DNA of 63,369 nucleotides, filler included, from Basidiobolus ranarum (GCA_040143965.1; 54 parts of 54 records of this genome joined end to end with filler, not necessarily neighbours in it), one strand, 5' to 3'; positions 25,844 to 38,866 are shown, counted from the whole stretch's first letter. Notes: generated by a model from the sequence alone, not told the origin. Numbers and translations: made by a program.

Positions 25844-27119
25844 NNNNNNNNNNNNNNNNNNNNNNNNNNNNNNNNNNNNNNNNNNNNTTAATTAATTAAN
25901 NNNNNNNNNNNNNNNNNNNNNNNNNNNNNNNNNNNNNNNNNNNCTCCATCACATTTGACCTTTTTCTTACGACATACATCACATGCGCATGTAGCCTTTG
26001 GCTTTTTGATAGGAATGGGGTTGTAATCTGACAAACTTGACATCTCTAATCTCTTCGAATATGTTTATATATCCCTTGTATTATTGTTTCCAGAAGTCAT
26101 GAAGCTGAGTTTTATGAGTTGAAGTGACCTGGTTATGTTAGAAATTTATTAGGTAAATAATTGATGTGCAAGTGTGATTAGAGGAACACAATGGTCCAAC
26201 ATCACTTGATTGGTACGTTTATTCACTATGGATTCTCATAAGTCCTAATATTTAACCATAGTCAAATTTTAACATTATGTAAGATTGCTGAATTTCTGAA
26301 TGAAGCAATGAAATACTACATTGCGGTTCAAATCGAAAAATGATAGAAATCTGTGTCTGAGTTTGTAGTGTGCTATGTTTAGCATGCAGAACTGGTGATG
26401 TGGGATGAAATACATGTGCGCTAAGGTGACAGAATACACATTTATTTAGTCATCATCAAAAGTGGCAATGGATTCCGACTTCCACAGACACAATTCTACT
26501 GTCCGATAAGCCGAATGGTGTTAAACATGCCTATATCACACTTCGTTGAAACGTGCAATTCATTAATATATCAAAGGAATCAGAGGCTGGAGTGTAACTC
26601 AAACGTGTAGACACATTTATTGGTGGATTGCCAGCCTAAAAGCGGTGAATATATACCGTACATAAACAATACGTTGCTAGCAAACTCAGTAGTAAATCCG
26701 TATCTATTATTTGGCCAGTCATTTAAAGTTCTCCGATTTACGGGTATATCACTGCGTTTTTTTCTGTGAGGATAGCTCATAATACTAGTGAAGACACCGA
26801 CTGACGGAACAATAAATCCACATGTAAGTATATAACTTGGGTATCACCTTTCAATGTGTAAAACGATATGTATGCTGCGCAGTACAGTCAGTATAATACA
26901 AAACCTAAGCTACAAGTTGTAGTAATCTACAGCACACTCTATGTGAATACGAAAGGTTCAGCTCGAAGAGTATCTAAAATATACAATAACGGATAGTGTA
27001 TTTTATGGTAAGAAGAGCANNNNNNNNNNNNNNNNNNNNNNNNNNNNNNNNNNNNNNNNNNNNTTAATTAATTAANNNNNNNNNNNNNNNNNNNNNNNNN
27101 NNNNNNNNNNNNNNNNNNN

Positions 27120-28195
27120 TTAATGACGGAAATCAGTTGCTGTTCATGACCGGCCACCGTTTCGTCATTGATCTCGTGTCGTGGCGAATTATTTGGGAAG
27201 ATCTTGAGCAACTTCTTCAAGGAAAAGAATGTGGTTACAAGTCGATGTCTTTCATGCAATGGAGTTCCATGTTGGATGATTATGCTCAAAGTTTAGATAT
27301 GGAAGTGTGGCCAGTTCAGGAATTATCCGAACCGCTAATCACTGATTTGTCTCTTCTAGAGCTAAACACTATACATTCCACACAGACTCTTTCATTCTCC
27401 TTGTCGTCTGAGCTGACTTACTTGCTATTTAACCGGTGTCACTTACCATTTCAGACAGAGGCTATAGATCTGATGATCTCCTCCCTGGCCATTGCATATT
27501 CATCCGTATTTAACCTGAACAAGATGACCATTAGGGTACAGGACCATGGTCGAGAGACATGGAGAGAAGGAATCGATATATCAAGAACTGTGGGTTGGTT
27601 CACTACCAGTCATCCCTTAGTGGTTGATGTTTCACTCACCGATGAACCACTAGTTATTTTGAAACGAGTCAAAGACGTAAGAAGGTCAATTCCAGCTAAC
27701 AGCATAGTGTATGGGCTTCTCTGTCACCTGAATAAGAAACTAGAAAGTCCTTTCAAGGAGGATATAATTCAAATCGGATTCAACCACTTGGGTTCGTTAG
27801 TGCAACTCCCAAATCAATCAACATTTTTCCAACCTGTAGAATCTTCGTTAGACTTGAAAGATGTTGACAGCAAATGGAGGCGAGATCTTGTATTTGATAT
27901 TTCAACAAGAGTTAATCATGACTGTTTGTACGCTGAAATAACTTTTAGTTCGGCTCTTCATTCCAAAGATATCGTGTTGCAGTGGCTTGAGGCATGGCAG
28001 CAGTCACTCACCAAAGTCATCAATCAGTGCTCTCATTTAGATACTGTTGAGCATACTCGAAGTGACTTCCCTCTACTCAGACTATCAGAATCTGCCTTTG
28101 ATGTGCTATACAATGATATACTTCTTCAAACTGGGGTTGATTCCAGCAATATCGAGGATATTCTACCTTGTACTCACCTGCAGGAAGGCCTTATA
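27120..28195 (+). CDS. Nonribosomal peptide synthetase fragment: epimerization domain into the next condensation domain
   Basis: HRFVIDLVSWRIIWEDL, QDHGRE, DISRTVGWFTT, FNHLG, SDFPLL, IEDILPCTHLQEGL. Open frame across the whole contig. Confidence 0.9.
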
Positions 28196-28295
28196 NNNNN
28201 NNNNNNNNNNNNNNNNNNNNNNNNNNNNNNNNNNNNNNNTTAATTAATTAANNNNNNNNNNNNNNNNNNNNNNNNNNNNNNNNNNNNNNNNNNNN

Positions 28296-29370
28296 AGAAG
28301 CCCTAAACTTTGCACTCATGTTCCTGGGACCTTCCTTAACAAATTCTACATGTTAGTTTGTCTATATCTTGACAGAACTATAAATGTCAACTAAATACTC
28401 AATAAATCAATAAGTGAAAACCACCAATTCCTCTAATTCTCCAAACCACTTGCAACAGGCTCCCAAATACTTTATACAGAGTACCTTTAACAGAACTTGT
28501 CTTAATATAAAGATAAATTGCTAATTCAATGTTCAAGAGCTACAACTGCCAAGAAGGTATGGAAAACCTTGAAAGACACTTATCCAAACCTGCTCTGCTG
28601 CAACAAGATGTTACCAAGAAGACAATTCTTTAACTTGAGATGAAGCCAGAAGAATCACCATTGAATAAAGTCACTACTTTAGTGGATGAAATGGAATACA
28701 TTTGAGTATCTACTACTGCTCAGGATATCATAGTTATAGCTGTTAAAGTATTTGGGAGCCTGTTAGAAGTGATTTGGAGAATTAGAGATATTAGTGGTGT
28801 TCCCTTATTGATTTATTGAGTAGAAAGTTGACATATGTATTTTTGTCAAGATGAAAACAAAATAACATGTAAGATATGCTGAGGAAGGTCCCAGGAACAT
28901 GTGTACAAAGTGTGGGGCTTTTAGATGAGTGTTTTAACATTTTGGAAACTGTGCAGAATCTTGCCTGAAATCACCTGGATTTGAGCCAATCATGGAAAAA
29001 CCAAAACCAGGTGATAATCTGAAGGTTTGTGACTTACTTTATGTGGCTTATCCTGGGATTTTGCAAACAAATGGCAATTGGGCTAGTATAGGTCTATTCA
29101 TGAAAAATCTCAAAAATGTATGCAATGATTGACTTGGAATAGAAAGAAAAGCAGCTAAACAGATACTCCAGGAGCAGGAAGCTAGTAAACCCAAGGGAAA
29201 AACAAAGGAGCCAGTGAGTTTTGGCTCTACTGTCCCACTTACCAAATTCTTCACACCATTACAAAGATCTGCATATCCAGAGTCAGATATACAGGCAAAA
29301 AAGCTTAATTTCACCATGGAACCGGCTACACCAGTTGGAAGAGTGCTAAATTCGGAAGTTTATCCAACAC
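28296..29370. mobile_element. Mosaic: copia LTR-a and gag remnants in both orientations, plus CMC ORF2 (28922-29370, +)
   Basis: Homology to 20880-21064, 19400-19660 and 17175-17605. Confidence 0.7.
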
Positions 29371-29470
29371 NNNNNNNNNNNNNNNNNNNNNNNNNNNNNN
29401 NNNNNNNNNNNNNNTTAATTAATTAANNNNNNNNNNNNNNNNNNNNNNNNNNNNNNNNNNNNNNNNNNNN

Positions 29471-30545
29471 AATCTTTTCAAAATTCCACTTGAATATATA
29501 CAAATCCAATACTTCCAGTCTTTGCATTTGAATAAACACCTAGATGAGTGGATATTGATGGGAGTCCTGGTAAAATATGATGGTATCTTGACATTTTCAA
29601 GCATTTTCCCAATCAATTCAAACTTTGATCCTATCTCAAATGGCTCATTCATATTGAATTTTCCACTATATAGCTGAGTAAGTAGTATCGGAATGTTGTT
29701 GAATAGTAAGTGCATGGTGCCTAATGGGAAGCTCTGGCTCCAGCTGATCCCCTTTAGCAATATAATCTTAGGCTTACGGCTAATACCAAGTTTGATGTTA
29801 GACTGACTATTTGGTGAATTGATATCAGTGATCATGTTGAAATCTGACCGGGCTCTTGACGGTAAAATCATGGAGTTTAGTGTTGTATTTGGATAGTAGT
29901 AATGCGTATGCCTGTTAGAGTAAACTCCATTGATTTGACAAAATCTACAGCAAGATAGTGCATTGTGCCCGCAAAAACCTCCAAGTTTACTGATGGCAGG
30001 AGTGTCACCAATACATACAATGATATTAGCTTTAATAAAATATTCACCCATCTGAACCCCATTAGATAACCATTCAAATTCCACAATCAAAGGCTCCAAG
30101 AAGCTATCTATAGGCACTGGTGATTTAGGTCCAGATATGATGGATAGTATCCAAATATTATGACTCTTATACCATTCAGATGGAGGAAGATTTAAGTTAA
30201 TTAAAATTATTGGTCAGCAAGCTTTTCTGATGGTATATTTGTTTAGTCAGAAACCATCCAGAGCCAATGCAAATGCATGATCATACATGTTCTCAAAGAA
30301 ACCTTGAATTTTCAGATTCTAGTAGTGATATCCATCAAGTATATTGGCAATACCATCAGCTTTATGGTGAGTACTTTGGTATTGGATCAATGATCTATAT
30401 TGGGGTGATTTCATCCAAACTTTAAGATGGGGAATCAATGGTATGTAAGCCAAATATGAACAATATTTGCCTGATTCAGTGATTGCCAATTGTGTGCAAA
30501 CAGTACATGACTTCAGGTTTTTCAGATCACCGGTGAAAGCCAAAC
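29471..30545 (-). mobile_element. CMC/EnSpm transposase (Tnp2/Transposase_21-like) core
   Basis: YIPLIP, ALALDGF, NLNLPPSE, GPKSP..DSFLEPL, GDTPAISKL..GHNA..CRFC, TMHLLFNN, FKCKDWK. Confidence 0.88.
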
Positions 30546-30645
30546 NNNNNNNNNNNNNNNNNNNNNNNNNNNNNNNNNNNNNNNNNNNNTTAATTAATTA
30601 ANNNNNNNNNNNNNNNNNNNNNNNNNNNNNNNNNNNNNNNNNNNN

Positions 30646-31267
30646 GTGGGATTGATTGAAATCCCATATGAGAATGGACGGAGGGAGCAGCATGTTGCTG
30701 TAGCTCAAGTACAGCATTCTGAAGGTCTTGTATCATTGTTGAGTGACTCTCTAACTGTTGACTAGTTGCTTCCGAACGCTGCATTAATTGCAATATTGCG
30801 GCGTTATTGCTTGTCATGGCCTGTATAGCAACTTCATAGTTTTTACTTATGATTGCATACAAATCATTACGGTGTTCTGCCTGCGATTCCCTTGTTGTAA
30901 CAATTCTATCCAAATTTTCTACGGAGGGTTGTTCAATTGTGGGCAAAGTAGCCATTTTGGAAGTTGATGGTCTTGATGGTGTTTTGGTTGAACTTTGCTC
31001 AACTATTGATTTACTACGTAATTGGGGGATTACAATCTCTTCACTTGCACTATCGCTGGAAAGGAACACATCTGGTAAATTGATTAATGCTTCATCATTA
31101 CTTGAGTTAGTTTCCAGCATGTTAATGCCTTCCAAAGTGGATAGTGGATTGCTAGACTGTTCATCAATTAAGTCCGCTGTTCTTGCTGGTTTTTTTCCTT
31201 TTGTGCCAGCAGGCTTTGGCTTGGAAGCCAATTTTGACTTAGATTTTGAACGCTTTTTGAATGGCAT
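30646..31267 (-). CDS. CMC element accessory ORF2, 5' part (young copy), function unknown
   Basis: Open frame MPFKKRSKSK... with a basic N-terminus and coiled-coil-like segment. At least 6 copies in the window. Confidence 0.7.
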
Positions 31268-31479
31268 TGAAATTTTCAGATGGTAAACTTGGTGTAATGA
31301 AATTGCTTAGAAACAGCTTATAATAAACCAAAATTGCCATCCATTACCGGAAATATCTTGCAAATCCCCTGATGACTCATCTGTGACACTGTCTCAGATT
31401 CAGCTGATGATATTGATGGGCTATACCTAAAATACCACCCTTACTTGGGAGATGTTCTTTTTTCTTCAACATCCTTCTC

Positions 31480-31720
31480 ATGCCACAACACAAACGTTTA
31501 AAGAAGCCCTGCTATTATTGTTGCAACTTCTTGTGCTATGAAAGCTGGAGGCTTCATAGAAAAAATAATCGCAAGCACCATCACTGTACAAAGCCACCAG
31601 CTGCACAAAGCCTGGTGTATAACAACAGTAATAAGTGCACTAAATCAACTTTAGTTTTGCCTATTGAGTCCACTGACTGTAGTTTGCCTCAAAGTTTTGG
31701 TAACACTGCCAAAAGTCAAG
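31480..31720 (+). CDS. CMC transposase N-terminus (Cys/His-rich)
   Basis: MPQHKRLKKPCYYC...HRKNNRKH. The copy at 36519-37384 links this start to the transposase core. Confidence 0.7.
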
Positions 31721-32050
31721 NNNNNNNNNNNNNNNNNNNNNNNNNNNNNNNNNNNNNNNNNNNNTTAATTAATTAANNNNNNNNNNNNNNNNNNNNNNNN
31801 NNNNNNNNNNNNNNNNNNNNAGTATATTCCATATTCAGTATATTATGTTTCACCTTGCAATATCTATATAAGCCTCATGTATTCCTTGATCAGACCTCAG
31901 TCTGATCAATGCCAGTTATCAATGAAGATTCTTGCCAAAGTATCTTCCTTGTCCAGGCTTGTCTTGTCTTGTGGTCTACACCCAAGTACTCTTCTGCCTT
32001 CCAGCCTCTTGTTGTTGTTTTCAGTCCTTGTCCAGTTCCTTATTGTGACA

Positions 32051-32895
32051 CCTGGTACAAGTGGAAAACACTTGTGAATTGTATGACTTAAAATCATCCA
32101 GTTATTAAGCTTCCTTCATGCCCAAATGGTTGTTTAGCTTTCACTGGGGATCTGAAAAACATGAAGTCATGTATCATTTGCACACAAGTGGTAATCACTG
32201 AGTCAGGTAAATATTGTTCATATTTAGCTCAAATGCCATTAATTCCCCATTTTAATGTTTTGATGAAATCATTCAAGTATAGAACTTAGATCCAATACCA
32301 AAGTACTGACTGTCAAGCTGAAGGTAGTAATTACATACCTGATGGATATCAGTACCAGAATCTGAAGAGTCAAGGTTTCTTTGAGAACAAGCACATTCCT
32401 GCCTTTGCATTGGCTTTGGATAGATTCTCACTAAATGAATATATTGTTGGAAAGGCTTCCCTAACAGAAATTTGAGGATTGTTATTGTAGGGAAACCATC
32501 ACAATTTTAATCCATTTGGGATTGACCATTTATTTATTGTCATAGAATCATAAAGTTAAATTTGATTTTAATCAATTTTTTCAGTTTCAGGAGTGAAATT
32601 TCAAGATCTTGCAAAATAGTTGTGCATGATTGGCTACCATTTCAGAGAACTCTGTATCAACACATGTGTAAAAAACATAACTCAAATTTTACACAATCAC
32701 CACTTGAATGCTAGTTTGTCACCTTTGAAATCCCTAGTATCTTTGATATATTCTCTTGAATATTTTTATAGAGTTCTTCATGCCCAAGGTTTAGCTCATA
32801 TTCAACATGAGTTTGTATCAATATCTCCATCAAAGCCTACCACTGTATTAGTATTGCTGAATCAACATTCTTGCAGCTATCTGGCAGATACCCTG
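32051..32895 (+). mobile_element. CMC transposase fragment interrupted by LTR-c (5') and by a CMC terminus B (32459-32895)
   Basis: WYKWKTLVN..CPNGC. CCCTAACAGAAATTTGAGG at 32459. Confidence 0.8.
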
Positions 32896-32995
32896 NNNNN
32901 NNNNNNNNNNNNNNNNNNNNNNNNNNNNNNNNNNNNNNNTTAATTAATTAANNNNNNNNNNNNNNNNNNNNNNNNNNNNNNNNNNNNNNNNNNNN

Positions 32996-34070
32996 TCCAG
33001 TAATGGATGGCAATTTTGGTTTATTATAAGCTGTTTCTGGGCAATTTCATTACACCAAGTTTACCATCTCAAAATTTCAATGCCATTCAAAAAGTGTCAG
33101 ATATCTGCAAAGAACTTAATACAGAGTGGCACAATATTGCAGTGTATCTGCCAGATAGCTGGAAGAATGTTGATTCAGCAATATTAATACAATGGTGGGC
33201 TTTGATGGAGGTATTGACACAAACTCATTTGCATATGAGCTAAATCTTAGTTATGAAGAACTCTATAAAAGTATTCTGGAGAATATATCAAAGAGACTAG
33301 AGATTTCAAAGGTGACAAATTAGGATTCAAGTGGTAATTGTGTAAAATTTGAGTAACTATTTTGCAAGATCTTGAAGTTTCACTCCTGAAACAGAAAAAA
33401 TTGATTAAAATCAAATCTAACTTGACAATTTTATGATGGTAAGTAAACAGTCAATCCCAAATGGATCAAAATTGTGATGGTTTTCATATGATAACATTCC
33501 TCAAATTTCTGTTAGGGAAATGTGATGGGATAAGGAGACTACAGAGTATATTAACCTTTCAACAAAGGGCTCTTTTCCATGTGCTCATTGGTTTTTGCAT
33601 TGTTTGAGCACAATAACCGCAACAAAGCCCAACCCATGGATGTAGAGTAGGTACTTCTATAATTTGGACTAATTTCTTTGTGTGATTATCTGATGGTATA
33701 TCTAGGAAAGCTGCAAGACAGAATTCTTGGCAAGATCAATTAAGATATGGAGTATTATTGTTTTTGACATGGGTAAATCTATTCAAGCAATGACATACCT
33801 ACTTGTGGCAGGACATTTGTTCACTGCAAGTTGGGGATATTTTGGCTGAATTCTGTAGAGAAATTTGCCAAAATCCAAGAGCTTATTCTCATTGTGAACA
33901 ATAAAAAGAGTCAGCTATGTGCCAAGTGTGAGGGCTTTTCAAAATTTCAGATGTTTAGCAATTTTTCCACCATTAGTATACTGGTATAGCATATTGATGT
34001 TGTTGAGTTATGTCTGATCAGTCAAGTATGTGCTTATGTAGAGACTAAACACAACAAGATTCTTGTATTT
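32996..34070. mobile_element. CMC mosaic: ORF2 start, terminus B (ends 33517), transposase C-terminus
   Basis: CTCAAATTTCTGTTAGGG at 33500-33517. Flanks are homologous to other CMC copies. Confidence 0.75.
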
Positions 34071-34170
34071 NNNNNNNNNNNNNNNNNNNNNNNNNNNNNN
34101 NNNNNNNNNNNNNNTTAATTAATTAANNNNNNNNNNNNNNNNNNNNNNNNNNNNNNNNNNNNNNNNNNNN

Positions 34171-35244
34171 TCATTCCATAGATAGGCCCAACTGGTTGTT
34201 GTTTTCATTCTTGTATATCTAAAGGGCCATCATATGGGCAGTGAGCTGGGATTATATCAGATTTCTTCTTGTCAAAGACTTCAGCAAAGGCTAAGTATTT
34301 GGGTGGGAGCTTATGAATCATAGGTTTTGTTGGTTTCAGCTCTTCTGCAACACTGTCAATGGATATTGGCTTCTTAGGTGTTTTGAGGATTTTGGCTGAT
34401 GATGAGTTGGATGCTTTGCAGGTTGGCAAATATGTACTAAGAGGTGGAGTTTGTTTAAACATGATAATTTTCTTCTTTTAGCTGGTAACTGGGTTGTGCT
34501 GCATGAGCCATGAGATGCCAAGGATGACAGGGTGGTGAGGTGAAGAAATGATATTGATAGCTATTTCTTCCTGATGAGCAGTGGACATGAGTGTTATAAA
34601 GGTTGTCCCATGTGTTACAGCACCTGATGATAGCAACCTTCTGTCAATTACTTTTACAAGAACTGGACTAGATTTCTTGATTGTTGGGATAGAGTAAAAT
34701 TTGACAAAGGCAGAGTCAATAAAATAGGAGGAAGCACCTGAATCAAGAAGTGCAGTTGTTTTTATTAACTTGAATTTGGTAGCAGGAGTTTAATGGGCAG
34801 CTTGAATGATTGGTATGAATGCAGAGATTGCAATGTATAGTGAAGAAACATTTTTGAAGATGGTTGGCCCAACTGCATGCCCTTCAGTGCAGCTGGGTAT
34901 TGAAGTTTTCCAATGGTTGGGAAGAGTTTTCTTCTACTTGTATATTGCTGATCTTAAATCAAGGATTCTTTGTTTGACAAATTCTGGCTACATGTCCAGG
35001 AGCTCCACATAAGAGGCATAGATTCTCTTTTTGGTGTCAATACTTCTCCTCAGGGCTAAGCTTTCTGAATTGAGTTCCATCAATTTGGATTGGGTCATCT
35101 GCTTGAGCTATATTTTGTGTTTGATGGAAGGGAGGTCTGAAAGTAGATGAGGAAGGGGAGAAGAAAGGAGCCATATTTCTTTGTTGCTGTCTTTCAAACA
35201 ACCAGTTGTCACATTTAACTGCCTGATGGATAGCATCAGTCAAG
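34171..35244 (-). mobile_element. Ty3/gypsy gag end, protease, RT start
   Basis: ALLDSGASSYFID, VILGISWL, VFDKKKSDIIPAH.PYD. Confidence 0.85.
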
Positions 35245-35403
35245 NNNNNNNNNNNNNNNNNNNNNNNNNNNNNNNNNNNNNNNNNNNNTTAATTAATTAA
35301 NNNNNNNNNNNNNNNNNNNNNNNNNNNNNNNNNNNNNNNNNNNNTCTAGCCTCTTGTTATTGTTTCCAGTTCTTGTCCAGTTCCTTACTGTGACAGTTTG
35401 ATC

Positions 35404-36418
35404 TGATAAAAGTGTTTAGGGGATTTGGAAGTGTTTTGGACAAGATTTGAATTTGTGAATTAGACACTTAAGCTTTATTGAATTGATTATGTCCTAATTA
35501 TAGTTTACTATGAAATGGGACTATTTGATGTGCTTAGATCATAACTAACATGCCTGTTAAGCTTGGGCAAAAATTTGAGATGATTTAGAGAAGTTTTGAG
35601 AAAATAGTGGAAATTAGTAAAAGTGATCTAATTGATATTTCCATCAATTAGAGCAATAAGCACAAATTTTTGAATGACAGAATTGAGTGCTAAATCATCA
35701 GAATATGAATAAACTAACTACTAAATAATGAGTTGCTATTTACCTAATTTCAACATTCTAACTCAACTAATTATTTTGAATTTCTCTTAAACCTGACTTA
35801 TATCTTTATAATTCAAATTGTGCTTTAGCTAAAGGTTGGGTTAAGATATCAGCTATCATTTATTTAGTAGGGCAATAGACAAGTTTCATTACATCATTCT
35901 CTATTGCATCTCTAACAAAGGATGCCTAATATCTATATGTTTTGTTCTAGCATGAAATGTAGGGTTTTTAGCTAATGAAATACAACTTCCATTATCTTCA
36001 AATACAGTAATAGCACATTTTTGCATGTATCGTAAGTCTGTAAATATACTTCCTTAACCATATAGCTTCTTGTGTAGTAGCAGAGGCAGCCATATACTCT
36101 GCTTCTGTAGTGGAAAGTGCTATGGTTGGTTGCTTCTTACTAATCCAAGTTATGGCTCCATTACCATAGAGAAAAGTGTATCCAGTTGTTGATCTTCTAT
36201 CATCAAGGTTTCTTTCCCAGTCTGCATCACTGTAGCCTTCAAAATTTTGTGCATCAGGAGTGGCAGAGTATTCCAGAACTAGATCTACAGTTCCTCTCAA
36301 ATATCTGAATATTTATTTTACTACAGTTTTGTGCTTGGATCCTAGATTTTTGAGATATTGGCTGACAGTTCCCACTACCACAGCAATGTCTGGATGTGTT
36401 CCAACCATTGTATACATT
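35404..36418 (-). mobile_element. Ty1/copia RT/RNase H and 3' LTR (family d, 35404-35755)
   Basis: GYSDADW, DDRRSTTGY, KQPTIALSTTEAEYMA. Confidence 0.92.
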
Positions 36419-36518
36419 NNNNNNNNNNNNNNNNNNNNNNNNNNNNNNNNNNNNNNNNNNNNTTAATTAATTAANNNNNNNNNNNNNNNNNNNNNNNNNN
36501 NNNNNNNNNNNNNNNNNN

Positions 36519-37592
36519 ATCAAGTATATTGGTAATACCATCAGCTTGATGGTTGGTACTTTGGTATTGGACCAATGATCTATATTTGGGTGATTTCATC
36601 AAAACTTTAAGACAAAGAATCAATGGTATGTAAGCCAAATATGAACAATATTCACCTGATTCAGGGATTGCCAATTGTGCACAAATAGTACATGACTTTA
36701 GGTTTTTCAGATCACCAGTGAAAGCCAAACAACCACTTGGACATGAAGGTAGTTTAATTACTGAAGGATTATAAGTCATATGATTGACAAGTGTTTTCCA
36801 CTTGTACCAGGTATGTGGCAAGCAACAGTTGCCAATCAACTGTGATAAAAGTGTAAGAAAACCAATAAACACCTGGTTGCTAAGATTGGATTAAATACTC
36901 CACTCCTCAATAATCAAAGATGCTTCCTTTACAGTAAGTGTTATGAGTGGAGTGATAGCAAAGAGTCTGTAACAAAACCATTGTCTTCTTCTTCAACTTC
37001 TGATATAGTACCATTGGTACTGGAATATCAAAGGTCAACATCTAGCAGCAAGTCCTCAAAGTTGTCTAGACTTACTGGTTGGACCAAAGTTGAATTTTGT
37101 TCTACATCATTTGGGTCATATAACTGTGGTCACTCCATGGTATCTTGACTTTTGGCAGTGTTACAAAAACTTTGAGGCAAACTACAGTCAGTGGACTCAA
37201 TGGGCAAAACTAAAGTCAATTTAGTGCACTTATTACTGTTGTTATACACAAGGCTCTGTGCAGCTGGTGGCTGTGTACAGTGACCATGCTTGTGATTATT
37301 TTTTCTATGAAGCCTCTGGCTTTCATAGCTCAAGAATTTGTGATAATAATAGCAAGGCTTCTTTAAATGTTTGTGTTGTGGCATGAGAAGGATATTGTAG
37401 AAACAAGAACACCTCCAACATAAGGGTGGTATTTTAGGTATAGCCCATCAATATCATGAGCTAATTCTGAGATGATGTCACAGATGTGTCATTAGGGGAT
37501 TTACAAGATATTTCTGGAAACGTATGGCAATTTTGGCTTATTATAAGCTGTTTCTGAGCAATTTCATTACAACAAGTTTACCATCTGAAAAT
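36519..37592 (-). mobile_element. CMC transposase 5' region and intergenic region
   Basis: ORFs 37130-37384 and 36471-36872. Confidence 0.8.
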
Positions 37593-37692
37593 NNNNNNNN
37601 NNNNNNNNNNNNNNNNNNNNNNNNNNNNNNNNNNNNTTAATTAATTAANNNNNNNNNNNNNNNNNNNNNNNNNNNNNNNNNNNNNNNNNNNN

Positions 37693-38722
37693 CTACCAAT
37701 ATACTTCCCAATTTGGCTGGAGGTTGATCCCGAAAATCAAGCTGAGAAGCATAACTGTCGGTAACGATGGTATTATCTGGGGAACTGACAGGTTCATGGA
37801 TATTTATCGCTACGTTGGAAGTAATAAATTCGAGGTGGAGAATGGTAAATTGAGAAGTGTTCACACCGGTAACGGCAATAATGTCTGGGGGCTAGGTTGT
37901 GATGGTAGTGTATGGCGAAGATTGGTGAATACTCAAGATGCTTGCACTGACAAAGATTTTACAAAGAATGCCCTACTATGCGCGAATTTATCTTCTATTG
38001 TCTACGACCTCTCTGAGAAAATCGAGGAGCGGCTACGCAATATGGGGCTAACTATAAAGACCTATCTGAAGGGGGGAGTGGGAGTTGAAGATTCATTTGG
38101 ATTTTTGGCCCATAACAGTAACGCCATAGTGATAGCCTTTCGTGGTACTAGATCCTGGAAGGATATCTTTGCCGATGTAGACTTGTTAATGACCGACTTT
38201 TACACCGAAAAATCATATAGCAATATACGAGTACATCGTGGATTTGCTCGCTACTACAATGCTCTTAAGAGTCAGATATTTGGAATTGTAGATACTTTGA
38301 TCGCAGAAATGGGAGGTCCAGAGAAGGTTGAGCATATTTACGTCACTGGACATTCTCTTGGTGGTGCTATGGCAGTCCTTTGCTCTGTGGATTTAACAAA
38401 CTACATTGTGGAGCACTATGGCCCCCGTTGCGCCAACTTTCTACAATGCTTGACATATGGTGCACCTCCAGTGGGGAACGTTGAATTTAGACAGTATTGG
38501 ATCACACTCCAAACAGCCATGCGTGGTTACCACTTTCAAGATCCAAGCGATGGGGTTTGTCATGGAGACGCGAGTATAATTCATAGCTTACCTATCAACC
38601 TTTTTACTCTTGGCTATAATCATGTCCCTTCAGCCATCCGACTTCGAATAGGAGAGGGTCATCGTATTCTCAACTATATCGACGTTTTGAAAGAGTTGGT
38701 TGCACCTTGTACCAGCCCTTAG
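37693..38722 (+). CDS. Tectonin (beta-propeller)-repeat plus class 3 lipase fusion protein, 5' truncated
   Basis: LRSITVGNDGIIWGTD..IYRY and LRSVHTGNGNNVWGL..DGSVWR repeats, then IVIAFRGT, VHRGF, VTGHSLGGAMA, TYGAPPVGN, and C-terminal H..NY. Confidence 0.85.
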
Positions 38723-38866
38723 TACTTAAGGTTGAGGCACATCGGCAGAGTCACGGGCAAACATTCNNNNNNNNNNNNNNNNNNNNNNNNNNNNNNNNNN
38801 NNNNNNNNNNTTAATTAATTAANNNNNNNNNNNNNNNNNNNNNNNNNNNNNNNNNNNNNNNNNNNN

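Noticed and set aside
26580..26780. 66-aa ORF in a non-repeat contig
   Set aside because: No recognisable motif or convincing exon structure.
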